A stretch of 63,980 bases of DNA, filler included, from Octopus bimaculoides (GCF_001194135.2; 7 parts of 7 records of this genome joined end to end with filler, not necessarily neighbours in it), one strand, 5' to 3'. Numbered from the whole stretch's first letter, positions 9,378-22,254 are shown. Notes: generated from the sequence alone by a model not told the origin. Program-made: numbers and translations.

Positions 9378-9903
9378 GTACGTTTAAACACAAAAGAGGC
9401 GACCCTTAATAGGCAGCCTTACATGCTAGAAGGAACAGTCAAAACGCCCAAAACTACATTTAATAGCAATTTCGAAGGGAATGAAAAATAAAAACTTTTA
9501 CCTAGTTTTTTACAGCCATACCTAGATTTCGAACTCTAATTATTAAATAAAATAATTTGCTAGGCAAGGTTCTCATCAGTGGCTACACCAAAACAAGTAG
9601 CATATAATTTAGAGACAGAATAACACGTGTTTCATCCTTATATATTATAATCTTTCAAATTCACCGCGCAAGCGCGGTTTCAGTCGACAGCAAATAAAGA
9701 GATGCCGAATTAACGTCAGAAATTACTAAAATCATATTCATAAAATAAGATAGGGTAGCCAAATTTTAGAAATTTCACTACCAGTGGTCCAGCATGTATA
9801 AAAAGTCAATAGACAACATATTTTCCCTATCAAATTAATGTACATTTAAACACAAAAGACATTACCCTTAATAGGCAGCCTTACATGCTAGAAGGGGCAG
9901 TCA
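9378..9903 (-). mobile_element. Retrozyme-like non-coding element, copy 1: 462-bp unit plus about 60-bp terminal direct repeat
   Basis: The direct repeat tttaaacacaaaaga...cccttaataggcagccttacatgctagaagg..cagtca occurs at 9383-9441 and 9845-9903 (period 462). There is an internal HHR and no ORF. Both flanks are TA-rich microsatellite. Confidence 0.75.
9511..9587 (-). ncRNA. Minimal type I hammerhead ribozyme
   Basis: The minus strand reads UGUAGCCA-CUGAUGA-GAAC-(34 nt with an AAUUAUU/AAUAAUU hairpin)-GUUC-GAAAU-CUAG-GUA-UGGCUGUA. It has an 8-bp stem I (two G-U pairs), an intact core and a palindromic CUAG loop 3. Predicted cleavage is after 9519. Confidence 0.9.
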
Positions 9904-10231
9904 TATATATATATTTATGTATAATATATAGACATTATATGTAACATATATACATATAAACATTATACATATTAAAACTACTATAAACATAGTTTATATA
10001 TTTATATAAAATAAGTGTTCTTTTGTTCGTTTATTTGTTTCAGTCATTTCGAGTTGCTACTATTGCTCATCATTTGCTCGATTGAGGAAAATTTTGTGAG
10101 GTAAGTGCTGAGCATGCCAAGTCCTCAGATACAACAATAAGTCAAGGTCTTTCAATTCCAACTAGTTTCTCTTGATCTGGTTTTACGGAAAAGACTTGGG
10201 TGATGAAAGTTATGTATATATATGATGAAAG

Positions 10232-10279
<48 letters not shown>

Positions 10280-10317
10280 CATACATACATACATACATAC
10301 ATACATACATACATACA

Positions 10318-11393
10318 TCACCCTAACAACATCTCCATCAATGGCCTATCTGTTTCTCCAATATCTGATGAGGAATCCTACAGATACCTGGGAGTAGATG
10401 AAAACGTATCATACGAAGGTACTTGTAACAAGGAACGTGTTACTAAGGAATACAGAAATCGGGTTAGGAAAATATGGACCTCGAAACTCTCTGCACTCAA
10501 TAAAGCAATAGCCCGCAATGTGTTTGCAGTACCAGTACTCGTACCGACATTCAGGATACTTGACTGGACGATCGATGAAATCCGAGCCTTTGATGTGAAG
10601 ACCCGGAAAATACTAACGAGCACGAACAACTTTCACGTCAATAGCGATGTAGACCGCCTATACCTAAAACGAAATAAAGGAGGGAGGGGCCTAACATCAA
10701 TTCAGACTGCCTTTGAATGCCGTGTCATATCTCTTCGACATCATCTCATAACCACCAAGTGTCGAAGTGCACCCCTTGATGAAGTCTGCAGACATGAGGT
10801 AAATACCATCATGAGATTGGGAAGGCAACTACTTGACAAGCATTCCTTATTCGACAAACCTGATCTCTTACCCAAACAAATTGCAAGACTCTACCGTAAC
10901 ATAACATCAGAGGAGAGGATGAATGCATTCCAGCAGAAGACCATGCTTGGCTACGTTAACAGAAAGCTCCAGGGGGATAACAACATTGACAACCAGAGCA
11001 GTCTATCGTGGACAAACAATCGGGTCACCAACTTTCACTTTAAAGGGTATGCCTTTGCTATTCAAGAACAAGAAATAGCAACCAAATTCCTAATAAACAA
11101 AGAGACAGAGAGGCGGGGAAAGCGCCACAATGTAATAATCGATGCAGACTCTGTGGAATCAGTATCGAAGATATCACCCACATCATTAGCAGCTGTCCAA
11201 AAATGTCATCACGGTATTACCTACCTATGAGACATGATGTTGTGGCCAAGACACTGTACAATGAAATCCGCCGACAGGATAACCCCGGGGCTAAGGAGAT
11301 GAAAACCCATAATGAGGTAGAGGCTATTACCACTCACAATATGAAAGAGTATTGGTGGAATGTCCCAATAAAAACCTCAATAAAGTGCAGACA
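10318..11393 (+). mobile_element. R4/Dong-type (RLE) non-LTR retrotransposon, 5'-truncated and cut by a gap
   Basis: YRYLGV, NSDVDRLYLKRNKGGRGL, FAIQEQEIAT, YLPMRHDVVAK and EYWWNVPIKT, with frameshifts. Confidence 0.8.
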
Positions 11394-11924
11394 TNNNNNN
11401 NNNNNNNNNNNNNNNNNNNNNNNNNNNNNNNNNNNNNNNNNNNNNNNNNNNNNNNNNNNNNNNNNNNNNNNNNNNNNNNNNNNNNNNNNNNNNNNNNNNN
11501 NNNNNNNNNNNNNNNNNNNNNNNNNNNNNNNNNNNNNNNNNNNNNNNNNNNNNNNNNNNNNNNNNNNNNNNNNNNNNNNNNNNNNNNNNNNNNNNNNNNN
11601 NNNNNNNNNNNNNNNNNNNNNNNNNNNNNNNNNNNNNNNNAAAGATATGTAAAACTTTCCAAACATTTAGCACATAAATACATATGCATGCATCTAGACA
11701 TGAAAGTATATACATAAAAACGCATCCATAAAACAAACATACAAATCTGCGCATACACTAACACCAAATACTGCACACACACACACATGTGCACAAATAC
11801 CTAGATGATGTTGATAAAAGTTCCAATGAAGGAACCTTGAATCTATGTTAGAGTCCGGCTCTTTCTCTATGGACAAGAAATACAGAAATGAAACTGATTG
11901 TTAACATACATACATACATACATA

Positions 11925-12897
11925 CAGCCTTGGCCAAAAGTATTAGGCCACCCCAATGTTTTGGGGTTCTGCTGTCTCAATGTTAATGAAATGCGTGCAC
12001 ATGGTAGATTATGATATATTTCACAATATGCATTAATTTTAATATCTGGTTGACCCTCCTTTAGCATCAATTACGGCTTTTATACTGCTTTTATACAAAA
12101 TTAACTTATATTTCCTTGATTATTTCAGAGTTTTATGCTAAAGTGCATTGTAGATACAGTTAATAAACAATAAAATGCCTAAAACAAGGGAGTTGAGTGC
12201 GTGTGAGCGAGATCAAATCGTAGCTCATCATGAAAATGGAATGTCTCAAAGGCAAATTGCTCAGAAAATGAAATGTTCTCGATGTGCAGTGCAAACGACT
12301 CTCAAGCACTTCAGAGAGACAAAAGATGTGAAGACAATACAAAGAACAGGCAGAAGAAAGGTTACATCACCTCGTGATGATAGATCCATCATCCGTCAGT
12401 TGCTCAGAAATAGAAGCAAAATATCTTCGGAGCTCTGTGCGGACTTTAACAAGGCAAATACTTCACAAATATCAACCAGAACTGTTAGAAGAAAGCTTGT
12501 AGAGTACGATCTGAAAGGCTGTAACGCCAGGAACAAGCCATGGGTTTCTGAAGCGAAAATGGGAAAACGTCTTCTCTGGGCCAAAAACCACTCAAATTGG
12601 ACCAGTGAGCAAAGGTCAAAAGTCATATGGTCTGATGAAAATAACTATGAGGTAAGATAGTACATGTATTCGATCAACATATAAACTTAATGTAACTGGT
12701 TTGTTGCCCAAAATATATAAAAGGGTATGGGTATCCAACATAAAGCTAATATTATTTTTCATGTTTTTAGTCAGGTTTTCTGTACATCTGTTTTTATGTC
12801 AGGGAAGGATAAATTCAGCTACCTATGCTTGTATGTTATCAGATGATTTAGAGCCATCAATTGCTAAATTGCATCCAAGAGAATTTGCATTTTGATA
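11925..12897 (+). mobile_element. Tc1-like DNA transposon: left TIR plus partial transposase, 3' end missing
   Basis: TA followed by CAGCCTTGGCCAAAAGTATTAGGCCACCC. ORF 12175-12660 has paired-type HTH domains, TGRRKVT and VIWSDE. A later segment reads GRINSATYACMLSDDLEPS...FAF. Confidence 0.9.
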
Positions 12898-12899
12898 TA

Positions 12900-13180
12900 G
12901 AAATTCTTCTCTTCTTTCCTATGGTAAATTCTCTCGAGCTGTGCGATGTTATTCAACATTTTGATGTAAATTTCTCCTCCTCTTTTCTGTGATATATATT
13001 CTCTTGCTACTCTATGTTGATGGAGTCCTGCTTGGCTCAAGTTAACCCGTGCTTCTCTCCGTCGTGCAGCATTTATGTTTCTTACAGTTTCTCGTCGGTT
13101 ACTGTCAATCCTCTTCGCCTCTCCTGTTGACGAGACTGGTTGCTTCTCTTCTCTGGCTAGCCCACATCAATACTCATAAT
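12900..13180 (-). mobile_element. Possible Helitron Rep/Hel N-terminal fragment
   Basis: Arg/Glu-rich helical repeats on the minus strand (RRETVRNINAARRREARVNL; RRRNLHQNVE*HRTARENLP*ERRE) resemble Helitron N-termini. No catalytic motif was seen. Confidence 0.3.
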
Positions 13181-13821
13181 GGGATTTTAATAGTTACAAA
13201 AAATAAGAAAATGTGTGTTTAAGCAATGATTTCAAATTTATGAAAATAAGAGTGTAGCACATTTACAGGGTTTCAGTGCACATAATTATTTTCAAACACC
13301 ACTATATTTTCTGCTTCGTATCCATTATTATAGCATGGATTTTAATGAGCAAATATTTATTAAAACATACAAGTAACAATAGATTTAAATAGAATTACCT
13401 TCCACACGTTCTTTAACTTTCAAACTTTGATATCCACGGACCTTTAAAGATTTCATATCTGAACCTCAAAATTTTTTATTACCTATCAACCTTTTATAGA
13501 AAATTAAACCCCCTTGTACTCCTACCTTTATTATATTTTAAGTAGTTATTCTATTTTATTTTTTCTCGTCTTCCTATCCTACTAATGGCATTATCCTGGT
13601 GTCTTATTAAAATCCAACCATGTTACCTGAGATACACTAACATAGGGGCGGGTATCATTTGAAGATCTGGTTGCTATTTGTCGCAAGTCGGGCAACTGCA
13701 TAGATGCTTTGTTGTAGTATCAATTGCTGAAAGAGCAACAGATAAGAGAAAAGAGTCCCGAATGTCGCCCAAAATTAGAATACTGCATTCAGAGTCTGTA
13801 TCTATATACCAACTTTTCTTT

Positions 13822-13854
<33 letters not shown>

Positions 13855-14079
13855 AATCTATCTATCTGTCTCTCTATCTATCTATTGTCTCTCTCACTTT
13901 CTCTCTTTCTCTCTCACTTCCTCTGTGTCCCTCCTTTCTCCTGTTTTAATTTAACAATGTGTGTATGTATGTATGTATGTATCTACTTTTTTATTATCTA
14001 TGTATCTATTTTTCTTTATGTATGTATCAGTCTACTCTGAAAATACTGATAAACATTTTTCCTCTCTTCCTTCCAGTCA

Positions 14080-14115
<36 letters not shown>

Positions 14116-14215
14116 NNNNNNNNNNNNNNNNNNNNNNNNNNNNNNNNNNNNNNNNNNNNTTAATTAATTAANNNNNNNNNNNNNNNNNNNNNNNNNNNNN
14201 NNNNNNNNNNNNNNN
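14116..14215. other. Artificial 100-bp contig-join spacer (N44-TTAATTAATTAA-N44); also at 19669-19768, 26210-26309, 56202-56301, 61132-61231 and 62704-62803
   Basis: Identical geometry six times. TTAATTAATTAA encodes stops in all six frames. Confidence 0.95.
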
Positions 14216-15119
14216 TATATACATATACATATACATAAATACATACAAATATAATACACAGAAATAACGGATTGTATATATTTATTTTTATAGGCTCACA
14301 GCAGTTTCAGATATGCGTTTGGAGGCGTTCATGGTTCAACCATATCAATCAATCAATTGACTAACTGAAATTATTGTGAACTGATTTTCCTAAACCTATC
14401 TTTTTCAGAGCCGTCTACTGTCAAAAGTAAACGAAGAAAACAATGACGATGTTTGTCACAGCGATACGCTTCAAATAGGATTAGCTCATCCACTTTTAGA
14501 TCTTAACCTTAATCAATTGTTGGTTGTCACTACGGGTGGGCACTATTGGCACCCAGTAAAGAAACTTAGTACCCTAAAACCTCTTTAAGGTCAGTCGCAG
14601 GCTGTTGGCGTTTAATAATACTCTTTGGAAAAGTTGTCAAGTCAGTTATATGTAAATATGCAGACGAAAGGGCAACTAGTGCTATACTGATTAGTTTAAA
14701 CCTGAGGTGTCAAATCTATATACCTGCCATGAATGCATATAAGTATACAGAGTTAATAGTAATGGTTTAAAGTGGAAATCAGGATTCAGATGAACAAATC
14801 TGAGACAGACTCTAGGCAGACCTTGAAAAGAGAGGACATGTCACTGAGGAGGTCGTGAATAGTAATGAAATGTGTTTCAAAAACAGATTGATTGTTTAAC
14901 CAACATATTAAGGAAATGTTAGTCGGTTAGATGTTTAACCGATTGACTAAGAATAAAGAATTTATATTAAATCAGTGCGTGCGCTCATTCTTATTGTCAT
15001 AATGACCCAACCGAGACACAAAAATATTTCTTTCATAATACGAATTCACATCAAGGATTTTGCAAACCAAATACAGAAGCGAAGTATTATGTGCACGCAC
15101 GCGCCGCACACTTACACGT

Positions 15120-15164
<45 letters not shown>

Positions 15165-15279
15165 NNNNNNNNNNNNNNNNNNNNNNNNNNNNNNNNNNNN
15201 NNNNNNNNNNNNNNNNNNNNNNNNNNNNNNNNNNNNNNNNNNNNNNNNNNNNNNNNNNNNNNNNNNNNNNNNNNNNNNN

Positions 15280-15319
<40 letters not shown>

Positions 15320-17854
15320 AGACAGAAAGACAGACTGATACAGAGAGCATGTGGATGCCATCGCAGATAAGGAAATTGTGATAAAATTATATACATGTCT
15401 ATGTTTGGGTATATGCATATATATAGGTATGTGTAATATATGTACATACATATATATACACTATGCTTATATATGTGTGCGTGTGTGAGTGTATTTATAT
15501 ATATATATATATATACATACGCACACATACTTACATATGCATATACATACATACGCACATACATCCATGCATGCCTACTGACCTGTACACAGACATATAT
15601 GTGCCTATATGTATTCTCTCGCGCTCTCATACACACTGATATACACACAGATATGATTAGCTGCGAGCACGCAAATGTCTGTCATCGTAGATAACGGAAC
15701 CAGAATTAGTAATGTAGCTAAAGTAAATGAAAGTAAAATTAATTTATTGTTATCCTTTGTCTTCTTTTGTTTCATCTTCTTATATGCTTATATAGCTATT
15801 TCAAATAACTCCTTTTGTATCTGCCTAAATCTTATTTCATGTTGTAATGTCTAGACATGAATGCATCATATCAGCCTGCATCTAATGTTTTCCTGTAAAG
15901 TCAGTATACCATATAATCTTAAGATCAATGCACAATCACACACTAACGTAAGTCAAATCGACTCAAACAATAAACAACAAACTAAACAGTGTCAGACACA
16001 TTGAGCGAAAATGAAAGAGAAAGTGAAACAGAAAATAAGCGAAGAGAGGAAAGAAAAAAGGTATGTTAGAGAAACAACGCTAAAACTAGAGATCAATAGT
16101 AGATATCGTAAACCCTGTAATTTAATAAGTTTATTATCTCACTCAATTTAGCAGCTCTAAACTTGGCTTAACATTTCAATTTTACTCAGATGTTTCTTTA
16201 GGTAATGGTGTACCTCATGTAATAGGTGTGTGTTGATAATACTATTATCCCTGCTTATCTTGACCATAATTTTCTTATACATGCATGTATCTTACTATAT
16301 ACTACACAATTACTGTCTTCCTGCTTATGCTCCCTGCATGCATATATATATACACACAAAAAAGCATATATTTATGGAGAAATATCAATATAGATGATGC
16401 AAACAATTTATACATACGTATATGTATGTATGATGTATGCATACGCATATGAATAACTTTATCTATACATGCATACACTCGTATATATTTGCACTGTGAT
16501 ATATGTATCTATATATGCATATATCTTACACTCAAATACACCTTCACACAAACACGCACACATACAAATATATATTAAAATGTGTGGATGTTTAAGTGGG
16601 GATGCACATGTATAAATGTATGTTATTTTCCTTGTTCTATAGTTATTACATTTTGTATACTGAATGCAAAATCCAAATGATTTGCATACAAAGTTGCAAC
16701 CCTGGATTATATGATGAGGGATTAAGTTGTGTGCAAATGGGTAAACTAAAATTTTACTTCACAGAAGGAATTTATATAAGATGCCTTTTAATTTCCGGTA
16801 ATGTGCTCTTTAAGGAAGATGCTTAGCTTGCGTCTTGGACATGATGGTCATTGCTGTTTCCTATTTTAAGAGCAAGACGAGTAACACGATCTGTATTTGA
16901 ATGATTTGTATGTGCGTTTACATCTATATCTATAGAAATAGATACCTGCGTGTATGTATAAAATGCTGTGTATATTTTATAAAACATCAATAAATGTTAA
17001 GGAAAAATAAGAATGTGAACAGACTTTCTATTATAGTTATGTGGGAATGGCAGCGGGACTTACTCATATTCTGTATACAATCTTTAGCAGAAACGGTTAG
17101 CACATTGGAGAAGGTAACCTGGTTTGGGTACTTTTGACGACTCGTCACTGATTAAACACTAGCTGTTTGTGCACTAAATATATCACACGTTAATTTATTT
17201 ATTACACAGCTTTGGATTAAAAAGATAAGAGTATATATGCACATTTCCTGCATACTTTTTGATATGAATGGAAATGAAATCTCTTTAATGATCGTTTCGC
17301 AATTCTTTCAATGCTTCTCAAATAATACTTACTTCTGAATTTAAACCATTGTTAGACGTTATATTCATACTTACACAATTTTTTTGTGATTACTGCTATG
17401 TTGTCCTGAAATAGATAAAGTTTAATTAGTGATAAACTGTCTGAAAAACAAAAACAAATATTCAGACGTTATTGTACTTGTATTCCTAATTAAAGATTGT
17501 TTTACCAGCGATTGATCTATAATCAGAGAATGGGATATGGGTACGCTTTCTCAGATGAGTTTCATCTAACCTGTTAGCAGACACGGCTTGATGACAATCG
17601 TGTCAGTTGATATGATGTTCACCAAAGCCTTTTTCCCACATGTCAATATTGTAATCATAATGTGTTTACGTTCTTATTCTTATTTAACCATTCTTGAACT
17701 CACAGTAACGCATTATCATATTTATATTTACTTCAGTTCTTATTATTTAAGCTGTCTTTGCACAGATAAATATTACAAATATATGTGTATGAGTATATGT
17801 CTATGTTTATCTGAGTGTGCATGTGTGAGCGTGCGTGTTTAGTATATGTATATG

Positions 17855-17886
<32 letters not shown>

Positions 17887-17928
17887 TGTATGTATGTATC
17901 TATGTATGTATGTATCTATGTATGTATG

Positions 17929-17960
<32 letters not shown>

Positions 17961-19768
17961 NNNNNNNNNNNNNNNNNNNNNNNNNNNNNNNNNNNNNNNN
18001 NNNNNNNNNNNNNNNNNNNNNNNNNNNNNNNNNNNNNNNNNNNNNNNNNNNNNNNNNNNNNNNNNNNNNNNNNNNNNNNNNNNNNNNNNNNNNNNNNNNN
18101 NNNNNNNNNNNNNNNNNNNNNNNNNNNNNNNNNNNNNNNNNNNNNNNNNNNNNNNNNNNNNNNNNNNNNNNNNNNNNNNNNNNNNNNNNNNNNNNNNNNN
18201 NNNNNNNNNNNNNNNNNNNNNNNNNNNNNNNNNNNNNNNNNNNNNNNNNNNNNNNNNNNNNNNNNNNNNNNNNNNNNNNNNNNNNNNNNNNNNNNNNNNN
18301 NNNNNNNNNNNNNNNNNNNNNNNNNNNNNNNNNNNNNNNNNNNNNNNNNNNNNNNNNNNNNNNNNNNNNNNNNNNNNNNNNNNNNNNNNNNNNNNNNNNN
18401 NNNNNNNNNNNNNNNNNNNNNNNNNNNNNNNNNNNNNNNNNNNNNNNNNNNNNNNNNNNNNNNNNNNNNNNNNNNNNNNNNNNNNNNNNNNNNNNNNNNN
18501 NNNNNNNNNNNNNNNNNNNNNNNNNNNNNNNNNNNNNNNNNNNNNNNNNNNNNNNNNNNNNNNNNNNNNNNNNNNNNNNNNNNNNNNNNNNNNNNNNNNN
18601 NNNNNNNNNNNNNNNNNNNNNNNNNNNNNNNNNNNNNNNNNNNNNNNNNNNNNNNNNNNNNNNNNNNNTGTATAATGCAATTATTCGTATGCTTCAACTG
18701 TACTTTCAGGTGATTAGAAAGGATATTTTTGTGTCTATTCGTTAAAGTATTTATCTGAAGCATTGCTTAATCTTCCTAAGACTTCGTTTAATTACGCACC
18801 ACAGAATGTGTTGTGTGTGTGTGAGTGTATGTGTGTGCATGTATGTGTATATATGAGTGTTTGTGTGTTTGTTTGTTTGATTGTTTGCGTGGGTGGGGTG
18901 CGGGCGAGCGTGTGTGTCTGTGTGTGTTGGCAGAAGAACGTAGAATAAAAATATTATCTAAAACCCAGCTGTGCCATTTTACTTTCAGTTTTTAGAAATA
19001 GCTTCGAGGTTGTTTTAGCTATTTTCTCCAACATGTGAGATATTAATTGATGACATAAATTTTCTCTCTTGCAAAGGTATACGAAACTTCGATATCATTC
19101 AAGTTTACACTTTATTCTTTATTGCCCTGAACTGACTTCATTCTTTAAATTAACAACGTAATTGTAATAATCAAATTGTTAAGTACGTTATCTATTTAGA
19201 CGTATATATAAATACACACGGGTACGGTTGTACATACCTACGTAAATACTTATAAATGTATGCGTATGTGTGTGTGTGTTTGTGTAGATACCGAACAGGC
19301 AAAAATAAGTCATATTTCTCACATATCTTTTCAAACAGCTGCAGTTACATGCATTTTTCGTCTGCAGAGACATGTGAATTTCTGTAGCAGCTGATGTTTC
19401 TATAATTATTAGCATACATGTTATTGTTTTTCACATTGTTTCTGTCAGTGATTTTTGATCTTCATATTTGTTTCTATGTTTTTCATTTGACCAGACTTTC
19501 AGATATAGATCTTCGAATGCATATGCAGTCATTCCCTTTATTAAGAATGGGATCCACATCGGGAAAAATATCTCACACATCTCTAACAGATAGTGCTTCA
19601 AAATCTATTGCCATCTATCAATCTATTTATTTATCTTTCTCCCTCTCTCACTATGTGTGTGTGTGTGTNNNNNNNNNNNNNNNNNNNNNNNNNNNNNNNN
19701 NNNNNNNNNNNNTTAATTAATTAANNNNNNNNNNNNNNNNNNNNNNNNNNNNNNNNNNNNNNNNNNNN

Positions 19769-20232
19769 GTGATGGTCATAGTGACCATGAAGATGATGGT
19801 GAGGGTGATGTTGGTAGTGGTGGTGGTGGTGGTGGTTGTGGTGATAGTAGTGGTGGTGGTGTAGGGGGCTGGTGCAGATGATGATGATGGTGATAGTGTT
19901 GGTAGTGGTGGTGGTGTTGTGTTTGTTGGTGGTGGTGGTGATGAAGATGATGGTGGTGGTGTGGTGGCGGTGGTGGTGATGGTGATGGTCATAATGACGA
20001 TGGTGACGATGAAGATGAAGATAATGGCGAGGATGATGTTGGTGGTGGTGATGATTGTAGTAGTGAAGATGAAGATGGCGATAGTGAGGGCGGTGGTGAT
20101 GGTGGTAGTGATGGTGATGGTGGTAATACAGATGACGATAAGGATGATGTAGTGAATGCTGATGATGATGACGGTAATGACAGTGAAAGTGACAATGGTG
20201 GCGGTGGTGATGATGATGATGGTGGTGGTGGT
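19769..20232. repeat. Degenerate (GGT/GAT)n trinucleotide array
   Basis: Low-complexity repeat that produces spurious poly-V/M/T/I ORFs. Confidence 0.9.
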
Positions 20233-20359
20233 TTCTTTATTAGCTTCAAGGACCCAAAGGAAAAAAAACAAGCAAAAGCATTAACAAAGAGTCCTACTAA
20301 AAGCAGTAGGCCTCTGAAATTTGGGGAGAGGGGACTAATCAATAACATCGACACCTTTA

Positions 20360-22047
20360 TCTGACATTCTAAACAGAACTGGATGCGGATACAAATGTTA
20401 CGGCAAAGAATTCAGCCACTTCTTATATATGGTTGACCTAAAACTATACGCTACAAATGATAAACAGCTGGAAACACTACTACAGATAGTACATGGATTT
20501 ACCAAAGAAATAGATATGAAATTTGGCTATAAAAATGTACCAAAATAACCTTGAAAAGAGGAAAACTAGTTAAGAGTAGCAACATCACACTCGATAAAAC
20601 CAATGAAATAAGAGAATTAGATCAAAGCCAGGCATACAAATATTTAGGAATCAATGAGCTAGATACGATAAAACACACACAAATGTAAGAGAAAATAAAG
20701 AAAGAATACTACAGACGAGTTAGATCAATACTGAAAACAGAGCTCAATGCTAAAAACAAGTTGATAGGTATTAACACTCTATCTGTCCCAGTTATAAGTT
20801 AGAGCTACAGTATCCTTAACTGGACGCTAAATGAACTAACCAAAATAGATAGGAAAACAAGAAAAATAATGACAGGATCTAGGATGCACCACCCAAAATC
20901 TGACATAGAAAGGCTATATATACAACGTATAGAAGATAGTAGAGGCCTTACACAGCTGGAAAACTATTATAAAATAACCACCATAGGACTGCAAAAATAC
21001 CTACTCCAGAACCAAGGAAAACTAATACAAATAGCCACAAAACACGAGCAAAACAAAAAAACTGTTTTCAGTATTTAAGGAAGCTGACAAATACAAACAA
21101 GAAATCAATCTACCTAACAAATACGAAGACGAAGAAGAAGAAGAAACAACAAAAGCTATAAAACAAATGAAATCCAAACTAAAACTAGAACAGCAACGGA
21201 CCATGATAAAACGATGGCAAGAAAAGCCCCTACATAGTAAATACTGGGCTAAACTAAATGCAAAAGAAATAGACTGAAAAAAATCCCAGCAATGGTTGAG
21301 AAGCTCAAGACTCAAAGCAGAGACTGAAGGATTTTTAATTGTAGCACAAGACCAAAGCCTCCCCACCAGAATTTACCAAAAACATATAATGAAAAGAAAC
21401 ATAAGTAACTGTAGAATATGTGGAGATGGACAAGAAACAATAAATCATATTATCTCTGGCTTCCCAGTCCTGGCTAAGAAGGAATATATTCACAGACACG
21501 ACAGAGCTGGGACCTACATACACTGGAAGCTATGCCAACACTATGGAATAACAATAGTAAAAAGATGGTATAAGCACACGCCAGAAAAGCTCACAGAAAA
21601 CGAGAAAGCAACCATACTCTGGGATATGCCAATACACACAGATAGAGAAATTAAGGCAAATAGACCAGATATAGTTGTCAGAGATCACCAAGAAGAAAAA
21701 TGCTCTCTAATCGATGTATCAATACCAACAGATGACGATGTTTCTCTAAAAGAAACTGAGAAACTTTCAGAATACAAAGATCTGGAAATAGAGGTAACAA
21801 AAAGCAGAAACAATTCCTATCATAGTAGGCGCATTAGGTATGATAAAAAAACAACATTCAGACAAACCCATAACAAAACACTAGGACTAACTAGTGTAAA
21901 TAGCACTACTAGGCACAGCACACATCCTACGTAAAACACTTTCAATACAGTAAAAATAAGAGCATCACAGCAAACCACAGCACATACCCAAGGCACACAG
22001 AGCTGTGCTCAGTAGTACAGTGAAAGCACGTGATAAAAATAAAACTA

Positions 22048-22080
<33 letters not shown>
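20360..22080 (+). mobile_element. R4/Dong-type (RLE) non-LTR retrotransposon, 5'-truncated, with (TAA)n tail
   Basis: FLYMVDLKLYA, HPKSDIERLYI...RGL, AETEGFLIVAQDQSL, CRICGDGQETINHIISG, RHDR and NRPDIVV...LIDVSIP...KYKDL (PD-x-D RLE). Ends in (aat)n at about 22050-22080. Confidence 0.9.
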
Positions 22081-22081
<1 letters not shown>

Positions 22082-22084
22082 GCT

Positions 22085-22250
22085 GTTGGTCTTGTCGTGC
22101 ACATATGGTTGTGATGCATGTGTTTGGTGTACCCTCGTCAGTCGGGTAGTCATGATGGGTATATTGGGCTTCATATATTTGTACCCAGTGTCACTTCGAT
22201 GGTATACGCTGTTTGCTCTCACTCAGTTAATAATAATAATAATAATAACA
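22085..22250 (+). mobile_element. SINE/LINE 3'-end repeat with (AAT)n tail; second copy at 26548-26645 (minus)
   Basis: Both sites share gggtagtcatgatgggtata.tgggcttc.tata...ccagtgtcactt.gatgg.at.c.ctg...ctctcactca.t.aataataat. Confidence 0.6.
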
Positions 22251-22254
22251 TTAA

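Noticed and set aside
9383-9903. Direct repeats read as CRISPR or LTRs
   Set aside because: There are only two repeats, no spacer array or cas genes, and no TG...CA ends, PBS or PPT. The context is eukaryotic.
14409-14589. Exon-like segment (ttttcag acceptor, 59 open codons, AG/GTCAGT donor)
   Set aside because: The open frame stops just before the donor, the peptide is unrecognised, and no partner exons could be identified.
19717-20364. Poly-T/I/V/P/S ORFs, and the many [16 protein letters not shown] ORFs elsewhere
   Set aside because: They are translations of microsatellites.
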